Positions 1 through 8,938 of a DNA stretch of 35,264 nt are shown here, piece after piece. Positions within the stretch are counted from its first letter, which is position 1; each line of letters begins with the position of its first letter. Origin of the DNA: Candidatus Eiseniibacteriota bacterium (GTDB lineage: Bacteria; ARS69); contig JBQTGV010000187.1 of NCBI GenBank assembly GCA_052390515.1, positions 1-35,264 of the forward strand, written 5' to 3'. The notes under the pieces are model-generated. The model worked only from the letters and a program-made list of their open reading frames with translations, was not told where the DNA came from and made no database searches. Position numbers and translations under genes: made by a program.

Positions 1-1
1 G

Positions 2-886
2 CCGCTGTACGTGTCCAACGAATGCGTGGAGACGTGCACGTATTGCAGCTTCTCGCGGCCCAACCCGATCGAGCGGCGCACGCTCTCCCCGGAAGAGGCC
101 GTGGACGAGGCGCGCATCCTGCAGCGCCGCGGGTTCCGTCACCTGCTGCTCGTCTCCGGGGAACACCCGCGCAACGTTTCGCCCGAGTACCTCGAGCGCG
201 TGATCCGGGCGCTGGCCGGGGAGGTTCCGAGCCTTTCGGTCGAGGTGCAGCCGCAGACGTCGGAGGTCTACGCCAGGTGGAGCGCGGCCGGCGCGGAGGG
301 CCTCGTCGTCTACCAGGAGACGTACGACCGGGCGGCTTACGCGGCCGCGCACCTCGCCGGGAAGAAACGGGACTTCGGCTGGAGGCTGGACACGCCCGAC
401 CGCGGAGCGCTCGGCGGGATGAAGCGTCTCGGTATCGGCGCTCTCTTCGGGCTGGCCGACTGGCGCCTCGAGGCCGTGCACCTCGCCCTGCACGCTCGCT
501 ACCTGATGCACCGGTACTGGAAGACGTTCGTGTCCGTCTCGTTTCCGCGTCTCCGTCCGGCGGCCTTCGCGCAGCCGCCGCTCCATCCCGTCGGCGACCG
601 CGACCTCGTCCGGGTGATCTGCGCGCTGCGGCTCCTGCTTCCGGATGCCGGACTCGTGCTGTCGACCCGGGAGCGGCCCGCGTTCCGCGATGCCATGCTG
701 GGCATCGGGATCACGCAGATGAGCGCCGGCTCGCGGACCGAACCGGGCGGCTACTCCGCTCCCGAAGCGGCCGGGGAGCAGTTCGAGGTCGAGGACGACC
801 GGTCGCCGGAGGAGGTCTCCCGGGCGGTTCGGAGCCGCGGGTTCGATCCGGTGTGGAAGGACTGGGAGATCGCGCTGCATGGCTGA
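2..886 (+). CDS. thiH: 2-iminoacetate synthase ThiH (radical SAM tyrosine lyase), 5' end outside the window
   Basis: The frame is open from base 2: PLYVSNECVETCTYC carries the CxxxCxxC radical SAM motif. Also YQETY, GIGALFGL, SFPRLRP, LSTRE, MSAGSRTEPGGY, QFEVEDDRS and C-terminal PVWKDW. Overlaps thiS. Confidence 0.93.
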   Translation, partial: PLYVSNECVETCTYCSFSRPNPIERRTLSPEEAVDEARILQRRGFRHLLLVSGEHPRNVSPEYLERVIRALAGEVPSLSVEVQPQTSEVYARWSAAGAEGLVVYQETYDRAAYAAAHLAGKKRDFGWRLDTPDRGALGGMKRLGIGALFGLADWRLEAVHLALHARYLMHRYWKTFVSVSFPRLRPAAFAQPPLHPVGDRDLVRVICALRLLLPDAGLVLSTRERPAFRDAMLGIGITQMSAGSRTEPGGYSAPEAAGEQFEVEDDRSPEEVSRAVRSRGFDPVWKDWEIALHG

Positions 887-1082
887 GATCCGGCTGAACG
901 GACGCGTTCGGGAGGTGCCCGACGGGGAGACCCTGGCCGGGCTCGTGGGGAGCCTCGGGCTCGATCCGCGCTGGGTGGTGGCGGAGCTGAACGGGCGGCC
1001 GGTGCCCCGGCAGGATTTCGCCGGCCAGGGCCTTTCCGGGGGGGACCGGCTCGAGCTCGTTCGACCCGTCGCAGGTGGTTGA
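879..1082 (+). CDS. thiS: Sulfur carrier protein ThiS
   Basis: 67 aa, IRLNG...VVAELNG...GDRLELVRPVAGG with a terminal GG; overlaps the thiH end by 8 nt. Confidence 0.93.
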   Translation: MAEIRLNGRVREVPDGETLAGLVGSLGLDPRWVVAELNGRPVPRQDFAGQGLSGGDRLELVRPVAGG

Positions 1083-1118
1083 TTCCCGGAAGCGTTTGCG
1101 CTTTCATTCCCGCGCCCG

Positions 1119-1137
1119 GGAGGCGAACGCCTCCTTG
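1119..1137 (+). terminator. Possible weak intrinsic terminator hairpin after thiS
   Basis: GGAGGC-GAAC-GCCTCC hairpin (6-bp stem) followed only by TTG, so the U-tract is poor. Confidence 0.3.
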
Positions 1138-1191
1138 CACAGCCCCCGACCCGGCGCGACCGTCGCGCCGGACCCTAGGAGCGACCGCACG

Positions 1192-1407
1192 ATGTGGTTG
1201 GCCGATCGCGAGACGGAGTTCAAAGCGCAGGGCTTTTCGGAAGACGACGAGGACCGCGGTTACGACGGCGAAGCAGATGAGCCCGAGGATCTCGACGACG
1301 ACGACGACGACGAGCTCGACGAGGAGTGGGACGAGGACGAGGAGCTCGCCGACGAAGACGAGGAGCTCGGGTGGGCGGTCGGGGACGACGACGACGCGGA
1401 GTACTGA
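1192..1407 (+). CDS. Small hyperacidic hypothetical protein (71 aa)
   Basis: AGGAG at 1177-1181 precedes ATG 1192. 39 of 71 residues are D/E. Codons are GC3-biased (GAC/GAG) and the ORF fills the thiS-lepB gap. Confidence 0.65.
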   Translation: MWLADRETEFKAQGFSEDDEDRGYDGEADEPEDLDDDDDDELDEEWDEDEELADEDEELGWAVGDDDDAEY

Positions 1408-1468
1408 TTCGCGTTCCGGCGCAGTCTGACGTGCCGCCGCGAACGTGCGTACGCGGTGTTCGGGTGGC

Positions 1469-2005
1469 TCAGAGGCTGCCGATGCGGCTCGGCGGCCAGT
1501 AGCGCACGAATACGTGCGCGATGAGAGCGTCTTCCGGCAGGAATCCCCACACGTGGCTGTCCAGCGACTCGTTCCGGTTGTCGCCGAGGACGAAGAGCTG
1601 ACCTTCGGGAACCACGGTCGGGGGGACGCGGTAGTGCGGCGCCTGCGCGATGTACGGTTCCTCCCGGAGCGTTCCGTTGACGAAGAGCTCTCCGGTGCGG
1701 ATCTCGACCACGTCGCCCTCGACCGCGATGACGCGCTTCACGTAGCGGCCCGTATCGGAGTCGGAGAGGCGACGCACTTCGTCGGGAGGGCGGAACACGA
1801 CGACGTCGCCGCGCGCCGGTTGCCAGAACCAGTAGTGGAACTTCGAGCCCAGCAGGCGATCGCCCTCCCGGATGGTGGGGCGCATCGAGCCGGTGGGAAC
1901 CACGAAGGCCTCGACGACCGCGGCGCGCAGAGCGAGGAAGACGACGCCGGTGAGGAAGAGCGAACGCGCCCAGTCCCGAGCCTCCGCCCACACGCTCCGC
2001 GTCAA
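1469..2005 (-). CDS. lepB: Signal peptidase I (S26)
   Basis: N-terminal TM helix, VPTGSMRPT (catalytic Ser), RGDVVVF, YVKRVIA (catalytic Lys), LGDNRNESLDS. TTG start preceded by GGAGG. Confidence 0.95.
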   Translation of the reverse strand: MTRSVWAEARDWARSLFLTGVVFLALRAAVVEAFVVPTGSMRPTIREGDRLLGSKFHYWFWQPARGDVVVFRPPDEVRRLSDSDTGRYVKRVIAVEGDVVEIRTGELFVNGTLREEPYIAQAPHYRVPPTVVPEGQLFVLGDNRNESLDSHVWGFLPEDALIAHVFVRYWPPSRIGSL

Positions 2006-2079
2006 GTCTCCGCCTCCGATCGGGCCATGGTAACACGGGCGGACTCTTCCTGTTCCCGGTCCGGGATCCGGGTCCTTCG

Positions 2080-2094
2080 TGCTATGTTGCCGCG
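2080..2094 (+). promoter_or_regulatory. Extended -10 element (TGcTATGTT) 6 nt before the AKR ATG; probable leaderless promoter
   Basis: TATGTT at 2083-2088, then GCCGCG, then ATG 2095, with no Shine-Dalgarno. Confidence 0.45.
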
Positions 2095-3078
2095 ATGAAC
2101 TACCGGAAGCTGGGGCGAAGCGGGACGGTCGTCTCCGAGGTGGGGCTCGGCACGTGGCCGATCGGCGGATCGATCGTGCTCGGCGACGTGCCCACGGGCT
2201 ACGGTCGCGTGTCGGAGAGCGAGGCGGTCGGCGCCGTCCGCCGCGCGCTGGACAAGGGCGTCACGCTCTTCGACACGTCCGACGCGTACGGGCTGGGGCG
2301 AGCGGAGCGCTTCCTGGGACAGGCCGTCTCGGGGCGGCGCGGCCAGGTCGTCGTGGCCACCAAGATCGGCTGGGTGCCCGACGGCAAGGAGCGCTGGATC
2401 GCAGATCTCTCCAGCGACCATCTGCGCGCGGCCGCGACGCGTTCACGCGCCCGCCTCGGGGTGGACGTGATCGACCTCCTGCAGCTGCACGCCGTGCCCG
2501 CGCCGGGCGACGAGACCGAGCGGGCGCTCGACGCGCTCGACGAGCTGAAGACGATGGAGCTGTGCCGCCTGACCGGAGTGAGCGTCGGCGCGGACTGGGA
2601 GGCGGGGCTGCGCCTCGCCCGCAGCGACCGGATCGACGCTGTCCAGGTGCACTACAACCTGCTGCAGCAGGGCGCCGCCCAGGAGCTCCTGGACGACGCC
2701 CTGGTGCGCGGCGTCGGGATCATCGCCTCGGCGCCGCTCGCGCACGGGTTCCTGAGCGGGAAGCGCGAGCCGGGCGAGACATTCCCCGCCGACGACTGGC
2801 GAAGCCGGTTCACCGCGGAGGAGAGAGCCGCGCGCGTCGAGCGGGTCCGCGAGCTGGAGTTCCTGGGCGGTGCCGGACGGAGGACGATGGTGCAGGCCGC
2901 GTTGCAGTTCGTGCTGGCGCATCCGGCCGTGTCTTCGGCGATCCCAGGCTTCCGCAGCGTGGAGCAGGTGGAGGACCTCGTCGCGGCGCAGGATGTTCCG
3001 CGTCTCTCCGACATCGAGGTCGCGCGAGCCCGCGACCTGGCGCGAGTCCGCCGCTCGCCCGCGCTTGCCGATCGTTGA
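2095..3078 (+). CDS. Aldo/keto reductase
   Basis: MNYRKLGRSG..VSEVGLGTW, FDTSDAYG (Asp/Tyr), VATKIG (Lys), IDLLQLH (His), QVHYNLL, SAPLAHGFLSGK, AIPG. Confidence 0.95.
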   Translation: MNYRKLGRSGTVVSEVGLGTWPIGGSIVLGDVPTGYGRVSESEAVGAVRRALDKGVTLFDTSDAYGLGRAERFLGQAVSGRRGQVVVATKIGWVPDGKERWIADLSSDHLRAAATRSRARLGVDVIDLLQLHAVPAPGDETERALDALDELKTMELCRLTGVSVGADWEAGLRLARSDRIDAVQVHYNLLQQGAAQELLDDALVRGVGIIASAPLAHGFLSGKREPGETFPADDWRSRFTAEERAARVERVRELEFLGGAGRRTMVQAALQFVLAHPAVSSAIPGFRSVEQVEDLVAAQDVPRLSDIEVARARDLARVRRSPALADR

Positions 3079-3553
3079 CGTCCTCCTCCCGGTGGGGGAC
3101 GGGGCCGGGACCCTGCACGAAGCACTGGACGACCTTCGCCGGCAGACCCTGCGGGACTTCCGCTGTCTGATCCTGGATGACGGTTCGGTCGACTCGACAC
3201 CGGAGGTCGCCGCGGCCGCGGCGGCGCGAGACGCGCGCTTCGAGCACGTGCGCCTGGCGCCGCGCGGGATCGTCGCGACGCTGAACGAGGGCTTGCGCAG
3301 GGTCCGCGCGCCGTACGCCGCGCGGCTCGACGCGGATGACCGCTGCGCACCGGAGCGCCTCGAGCGGCAGGTGCGCTTCCTCGAGGCGAATCCCGGGACG
3401 GAGCTCGTCTCCTGCCGCATCGAGGTGATCGGCGAGGACCTGTCCGAGGAGATGCTCGCCTACCGTGAGCGGCTGAACTCGCTGACGAGCCACGAGGCGA
3501 TCGTGCGCGACCGGGGCTACTCGGAAGGCGTCGAGTTCGTCTGCTTCGGGTAG
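3065..3553 (+). pseudogene. Glycosyltransferase family 2, C-terminally truncated (about 162 aa)
   Basis: TTG 3065 overlaps the AKR end. VDVLLPV, ILDDGSVD, GIVATLNEGL, ARLDADD (DxD) and RLERQV are present. The frame then runs into the antisense of the convergent TPR gene (37-nt overlap) and lacks the acceptor-binding half. Confidence 0.7.
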
Positions 3554-5418
3554 GCGACGGACCAGGCGCCGTCGCCGAGAAGCGCCACCCGCGGCGCGAA
3601 CGGATCGATCCTCGGCGAGTGCGCGTCCGCGACGAATCGGTAGCGGATCGAGTCGCGGTCCACGACCGGCCAGCTTGCGCGCCACTCTCCGTCCTCGAGC
3701 CGCATCGGCAGCGTTCGCCCCGCGGGCAGGAAGTCCGCCTCGAGCTCGAGCAGGAACTCGCCGCGGTCCTTCGCCCGGAAGAGCGTGCCCGGTCCCGGCG
3801 GGGGAGCGGGGGCCGGGTCCCGCCGCGCCAGCCGGTTCAGGGCCTGCCGGTCGCGGTCGATGCGGGCGCGCGTGTCGCCCTCGGCCCGGGCGAAGGCCCC
3901 ATCGAGCGCCTGCTTCGCGTCCGCGGTCCGTCCCGACCGGGAGAGAGCGCGCGCTCCGAGCGCCTCGAGCAGCGCGCGCCGCGACTTGGACGGCTCCTGC
4001 CACGAGTCGAGGGCGCGGGCGATCGCGGCGAGGCAGCCGGCAGGATCGCCGCGACGCAGCCGCGCTTCGGCGAGGTCGGCGAGCACGTCGAAGAAGCGGT
4101 CTCGCTCGGCCTGGGACAATCCCCGGGAGGGGCCGGTCACCTGCCGTTCCACGCGAAGCAGCGTCTCTTCCGGATGCCCGGAAGTCTCCTTCAGGATCTG
4201 CGCGGTCTCCTCGAGCTCGGCGAGGGAGATGCGCGCGGGATCCTGCCTGCCTTCGGCCAGCCGGGCCGCGGCGCGGTCGCGCGCTTCCGACGACGCGGCC
4301 AGATCGTGGGCGAAGCGGTACTGCGCGAGCGCCTCCTGGTGCCGCCCGAGGAAGTCCAGGCACAGGCCGTAGCGGACGGCCGCCCACATCGTGATGCGGG
4401 GAGAGCCGAGACCGCGCTCGCGCAGGAGGCGCCCGAGCTGATCCGCAGCCCCGACGAAGTCGCCGCCGTAGAGGCGCGCGCGAGCCAGCCGGTAGTCGAG
4501 GAAGCCGCGCAGGGATCCGGTGTCGTGCGCGGCTCGAAGTGCCCGCCACTCCGCCGCGGAGAGGTCGGTGAGGTGCAGCTCGTCCAGCACCCGCGCGTCG
4601 ATCCAGGCGAACAGCTCGTTCGCGGGGAACTCCTCGCGGAGGCTCCGCGACAGCGCGAGCGCCTGCCACTGGTCCTTCTCGAACGTGGTGAGGATCTCGG
4701 CCAGGAAGAAGCGGGCCTCGACTCCCACCAGCTCGCCCTCGTCCAGCGCGCGCCGGATCTCGGCGAGCCCGCGCTCGCGATCGCCCCCGAGGCCGACGAT
4801 GGCGCCGAGGATCTTGAGCACGCTGGGCAGCACGTCGGCGTAATAGTGGTAGATGCCGATCCCGAGGTACGCGTCGGCGAGGTCGGGATCGATCTCCACC
4901 GCCTTCTCCAGATGCCCCAGTCCTTTTCGCCCGGTGCGGTAGGCCTCCCACCACTTCTCCTGGATGGCGAGGTAGCGCGCCTTGTAGCCGTAGGCACCGC
5001 CGGTGAAGAAGCGGGCCGAGGCGTCACGCGGGTTCGCGCGCACGGCCTTCTCGCCGAGCTCGATCGCGCGGTCCATGCGTGCGAAGAACGAGCGCTCGGC
5101 ATCGCCCCCCGCGGAGAAGCCGGAGGGGCCGGTGGTCACGTGGTGCCACTCGACGCCGCCGAGCAGGAAGTCCGCGGCCGGGCCGTGCGGATCCCGGGCG
5201 CGGATGCGCTCGAAGGCGATGCGCGCGCTGTCCACCCGCGCGTGATAGAGGTGGTCGAGACCTCGGCGCGCGTCGGCCAGCGACAGCGGCTCGAGGAGCG
5301 GGGCGCCGGCGCGCACGGGACACACGGGGCCGACCAGCAGGGATGCGAACACGATGCCCACGGCCAGCGGACCCGCACGGCGGGAACGTCTCCGACGGCG
5401 TCCGCCGAGGTCCGACAC
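3517..5418 (-). CDS. Exported TPR-repeat protein with C-terminal CBM48/glycogen-binding-like Ig domain (633 aa)
   Basis: GTG 5418 overlaps the E1 stop (TAGTG). Basic-hydrophobic signal peptide ending VRA. TPR motifs (LEKAVEIDPDLADAYLGIGIYHYY). The C-terminus reads LEADF..LPMRLEDGEWRASW..IRYRFVAD..RIDP. The 1110-aa ORF in the track is an upstream shadow extension. Confidence 0.8.
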   Translation of the reverse strand: MSDLGGRRRRRSRRAGPLAVGIVFASLLVGPVCPVRAGAPLLEPLSLADARRGLDHLYHARVDSARIAFERIRARDPHGPAADFLLGGVEWHHVTTGPSGFSAGGDAERSFFARMDRAIELGEKAVRANPRDASARFFTGGAYGYKARYLAIQEKWWEAYRTGRKGLGHLEKAVEIDPDLADAYLGIGIYHYYADVLPSVLKILGAIVGLGGDRERGLAEIRRALDEGELVGVEARFFLAEILTTFEKDQWQALALSRSLREEFPANELFAWIDARVLDELHLTDLSAAEWRALRAAHDTGSLRGFLDYRLARARLYGGDFVGAADQLGRLLRERGLGSPRITMWAAVRYGLCLDFLGRHQEALAQYRFAHDLAASSEARDRAAARLAEGRQDPARISLAELEETAQILKETSGHPEETLLRVERQVTGPSRGLSQAERDRFFDVLADLAEARLRRGDPAGCLAAIARALDSWQEPSKSRRALLEALGARALSRSGRTADAKQALDGAFARAEGDTRARIDRDRQALNRLARRDPAPAPPPGPGTLFRAKDRGEFLLELEADFLPAGRTLPMRLEDGEWRASWPVVDRDSIRYRFVADAHSPRIDPFAPRVALLGDGAWSVAYPKQTNSTPSE

Positions 5419-7535
5419 TAGAACGCGACGACTCTCTTCGCCGCGGCGACCACGTCGGCCACCTGCGGCAGGATGACGTCCTCGAGCACCGGCGAGTAGG
5501 CCACGGGCGTGTCCATCGCCGCCACGCGCGCGACCGGAGCGTCCAGCCAGGGGAACAGCTCCTCGCCGACGCGCGCGGCGACCTCGCCGCCGTATCCGAA
5601 CGTCAGGTTGTCCTCGTGAACGACGAGGCATCGGCTCGTGCGCCGAACCGACTCCGCCACCGTCTCGAAGTCCCACGGCAGGAGGCTGCGCAGGTCGAGG
5701 ATCTCGGCTTCCAGCCCACCGGCCGCGAGCTCCTTCGCCGCCATTTCGCAGCGCCGCACGAGTGCACCGTAGGTCACGATCGTGAGGTCCCGGCCGGGAC
5801 GGTGGAGCCGAGCCCGTCCGAACGGGATCATGTGGTCCGGTCCCGGATAAGGACCCTTCGCGTAGGGCTGCCGGTACAGGTGTTTGTGTTCCAGGAAGAG
5901 GACCGGATCGTCGCAGCGGATCGCGGTGCGCAGCAGCCCGTTCGCGTCGAGGGCGTTGGAGGGCATGACCACGCGGAGGCCGGCGCAGTGGGTGAAGATC
6001 GACTCGCCGCACTGCGAGTGATACACAGCGCCGCCCTGCAGGTACCCCCCGATCGCGGCGCGGATCACCGCCGGGCAGGCGAAGTCGCCGGCCGAGCGCC
6101 AGCGCATCATGGCCAGCTCGTTGCGGATCTGCATCATCGCCGGCCAGATGTAGTCGAAGAACTGGATCTCGACGACGGGCTTGAGCCCACGCGTGGCCAT
6201 GCCGATGGCGCGCCCGACGATGTTGGCCTCGGCCAGCGGCGAGTTGAAGACCCGGTCGCCGCCGAACTCCGACTGCAGCAGGTGGGTGACCTTGAACACG
6301 CCCCCCTTGCCCTTGACCTCGGAGAGCACGTCGCAGCGCGAGACGTCGGCGACGTCCTCGCCGAAGACGACGATGCGAGGGTCCCTCGCCATCTCGTCCT
6401 TGAGGCACGCGTTGATGAGACCCACGACCGAGTCCGCCGGCCCCTCCTCCGAGGGAGGGGAGTTGAACGCGGGTCCGGCCGGGTCCACTTCCGGCGAGTA
6501 GAGGAAGGAGGCGGCGGCCTCGCGCGTGGCTTCGGGCTTCGGATCCCGCAACGCCGCGTCCGAGGCGTCGCGCACCTCGCGGCGCAGGTCCTCGCGGATC
6601 TGCTCGAGCTCGGCGGCGGTGGCCAAGCCCTCCTGCACCAACCGCTGCGCGAACGTCGTGATGCAATCTCGCGCGTCCTCTTCCGCCAGCTCGTCCGCGG
6701 TCCGGTAGGCGCGGTGATCGTCGGACAGGGAGTGCGAGTAGGGCCGGGTGACGCGGCTGTGGATCAGAGCAGGACCGCGGTCCGAACGCACGGCGTCCAC
6801 TGCGCGCTTGGACTCGATCCAGCTCTCCACCGGGTCCGTGCCGTCGCACTCCACCACGACGAGGCCGGGGAACGAGCGCACCAGCGCGGAGATGCTCCCG
6901 CCCGGAGTCTGCCGCTCGACCGGCACGGAGATCGCGTAGCCGTTGTCCTCGACGTGGAAGAGGACCGGCAGCCGCTCCACGCAGGCGGAGGACAGCCCCT
7001 CCCAGAACTCACCCTGGCTCGTCGTGCCGTCGCCGAGCGACACGTACACGATCTCGTCGCGCCGGAAGCGGTCTCTCGCTGCGGGGATGCCCTCGATGCG
7101 ATCGTAGAGCGTGCCCGCCTCGGCGCATCCCACGGCCTGCAGCACCTGCGTTCCGGTGGGGCTGGACTGGGAGACGATGTTCAGGCGGCGGTGCCCCCAG
7201 TGGCTGGGCATCTGCCGGGCATGCGAGTTGGGATCGTCCACCGCGCCGACCGCGCTCTGGAACATCTCGTGCGGGGTCATGCCCAGCATCAGGCAGAGCG
7301 CGCGGTCCCGATAGTACGGATAGAACCAGTCGTAGGCCGGCCGGAGCAGGTGGCCCAGCGCGGTGAGCACCGCCTCGTGGCCCGCCCCGGAAATCTGGAA
7401 GTAGATCAGGTTCTTGCGCTTGAGGATGATCTCCTCGTCGTCCACGCAGCGCGAGAGGACCATGTTGCGGTAGAAGCGGATCAGCTCCTCCCGCGACAAA
7501 CCCGCGCGGGCGAGCTCGCGTTCGCGTACGGCCAT
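5418..7535 (-). CDS. 2-oxoacid (probably branched-chain) dehydrogenase E1, fused alpha/beta subunits (705 aa)
   Basis: [26 protein letters not shown] motif [12 protein letters not shown]...VEDNGYAIS and HSLSDD; beta part [33 protein letters not shown] 7535 follows GGAGAG. Confidence 0.93.
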   Translation of the reverse strand: MAVRERELARAGLSREELIRFYRNMVLSRCVDDEEIILKRKNLIYFQISGAGHEAVLTALGHLLRPAYDWFYPYYRDRALCLMLGMTPHEMFQSAVGAVDDPNSHARQMPSHWGHRRLNIVSQSSPTGTQVLQAVGCAEAGTLYDRIEGIPAARDRFRRDEIVYVSLGDGTTSQGEFWEGLSSACVERLPVLFHVEDNGYAISVPVERQTPGGSISALVRSFPGLVVVECDGTDPVESWIESKRAVDAVRSDRGPALIHSRVTRPYSHSLSDDHRAYRTADELAEEDARDCITTFAQRLVQEGLATAAELEQIREDLRREVRDASDAALRDPKPEATREAAASFLYSPEVDPAGPAFNSPPSEEGPADSVVGLINACLKDEMARDPRIVVFGEDVADVSRCDVLSEVKGKGGVFKVTHLLQSEFGGDRVFNSPLAEANIVGRAIGMATRGLKPVVEIQFFDYIWPAMMQIRNELAMMRWRSAGDFACPAVIRAAIGGYLQGGAVYHSQCGESIFTHCAGLRVVMPSNALDANGLLRTAIRCDDPVLFLEHKHLYRQPYAKGPYPGPDHMIPFGRARLHRPGRDLTIVTYGALVRRCEMAAKELAAGGLEAEILDLRSLLPWDFETVAESVRRTSRCLVVHEDNLTFGYGGEVAARVGEELFPWLDAPVARVAAMDTPVAYSPVLEDVILPQVADVVAAAKRVVAF

Positions 7536-7680
7536 CGGTCTCTCCGGGGGCGGTTCGTCACTCCGCTCCGGCGACACTAGCATGGTCGTCCGGACGCGGC
7601 AACCGGGCCGCTCCTTGCCGGGTATCGTGTCCTTTGGTAAGGTCCGTGAGCTTTTGTCGGTGGCCCGCGGGGGAGAAAGC

Positions 7681-8397
7681 ATGGTCCGCTCGATTCGTGC
7701 CGTCCTCGCCGCGTGGTCGGTCACGGCACTCGCCGGCTCCACCGTCTCGGCGGAGGAGTGGGAAGCGACCGGGGGTGACCTGGGCCGCGACACCTCGCGC
7801 TTCGCCGTCCGTGCCGGACTCAGTTACGGAGCGATGAAGGGCTCCGAGATCGAGAAGACGGACCCGTCGATCGGATTCGACGCGGGAGCGTCCGCACGGG
7901 TGTTCGGTGTCGTGTCCGTCTTCGCGGGCTACGCCGTCGACCGCGCCGACGTGGACGGCCAGGTCCTGCAGCTCCTGGATCAGAACGTGCGGGCCGACGG
8001 ACGCTCGGGGACGGTCAAGGGCGAGATCGAGACGAAGCGGATCCGGGCCGGAGTCCGCCTGGACGCCTACCGCGAGCGTGACTGGCGCTTCAAGCCCTAC
8101 TTCATCGCCGGAGTGCTTCACGCCAGCGTCGAGGCTCGGATCGACGAGGTGGACGGCGCACCGCCGACTCCCATTCCGAGCTCGGATCCCGGCGAGCCGG
8201 CGAAGGACATCTCCACCATCAGCAACGAGGACGAGGGCTTCGCCGAGAAGCTCGGCGGTCTCGGCGGTGCCGGGTTGGAGGTGAGCTTCGGTCCGATGAT
8301 CGCGCTGGATCTGCACGGAACCTTCGAGGCCGTCGAGCTGGAAGCTGGAACGAACTCGATCGCCTCGTTCGGCTCGGGGATCGTTCTCCGCTTCTGA
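7681..8397 (+). CDS. Outer membrane beta-barrel protein (OmpA-like/porin family, about 8 strands)
   Basis: ATG 7681 after GGGGAG; signal peptide ending VSA; alternating amphipathic strands ([16 protein letters not shown]); C-terminal GIVLRF ending in Phe (BAM signal). Confidence 0.8.
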   Translation: MVRSIRAVLAAWSVTALAGSTVSAEEWEATGGDLGRDTSRFAVRAGLSYGAMKGSEIEKTDPSIGFDAGASARVFGVVSVFAGYAVDRADVDGQVLQLLDQNVRADGRSGTVKGEIETKRIRAGVRLDAYRERDWRFKPYFIAGVLHASVEARIDEVDGAPPTPIPSSDPGEPAKDISTISNEDEGFAEKLGGLGGAGLEVSFGPMIALDLHGTFEAVELEAGTNSIASFGSGIVLRF

Positions 8398-8448
8398 GGA
8401 AGCTCAAGGGATCGTGCCGGCCTTCCGAACTCCGTGGAGGGAGGAAGC

Positions 8449-8847
8449 ATGGAGCACGTCGCCACCGCCGCCCAGCTGTACCGCGAAGCAACCGACGCCC
8501 TTTGCGGGGGGCGCACCGACGAGGCCTGCCGGCTGCTGGAGGAGGTCGCCCCGGACGCCCGTCCGCGGGGGTACGAGCTCGCGCTGGGCCGGGCCTATCT
8601 CGAGCTGGGCCGGGGCGAAGACGCGGTGCGGTGCTTCGAGGGTCTGGTCGCCTCCCCGCCGGCCGACCCCGGCGCCCATGCCCACCTCTTGCTCCTCTCC
8701 GCGGCAGCGCTGGCCCTGACCGGCGACCTGGACGAGGCCCGCGCCCGAGTCGGGAACGTCGCCGCCGTCGATCCCCGACTGGAGAGAGCTGCCCGAGCGC
8801 TGCGCAAGCGGATCGACGAGGGAGCTCGGCCGGACCCGCGTCTCTAG
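8449..8847 (+). CDS. Small TPR-repeat protein (132 aa)
   Basis: GGAGG before ATG 8449; TPR-like LALGRAYLELGRGEDAVRCFE and ALALTGDLDEA. Confidence 0.75.
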   Translation: MEHVATAAQLYREATDALCGGRTDEACRLLEEVAPDARPRGYELALGRAYLELGRGEDAVRCFEGLVASPPADPGAHAHLLLLSAAALALTGDLDEARARVGNVAAVDPRLERAARALRKRIDEGARPDPRL

Positions 8848-8938
8848 ACGCGGCCGCGCGAGACCTCGCCCGGGGCGTTGGGGTACCATGGTGCTCCCGA
8901 CCGAGCCGGTTTCCCTGAGAGCCCTCCGGAGGAGCGCC

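Noticed and set aside
1083..1191. Possible TPP riboswitch or ncRNA next to the thi genes
   Set aside because: It lies downstream of thiS and has no recognisable TPP core (CUGAGA...CCUGA..GAUAAUGC); only a short hairpin is present.
1260..1430. Poly-Ser and poly-Thr ORFs and the (GAC)n repeat as a contingency microsatellite
   Set aside because: They are alternate frames of the Asp/Glu codon run. A triplet repeat does not shift frame, so phase variation is not implied.
5419..6849. N-terminal extension giving a 1110-aa ORF (3517..6849, minus strand)
   Set aside because: It is an out-of-frame shadow over the E1 gene with Arg/Gly/Ala-rich nonsense. The real protein starts at GTG 5418 with a signal peptide.
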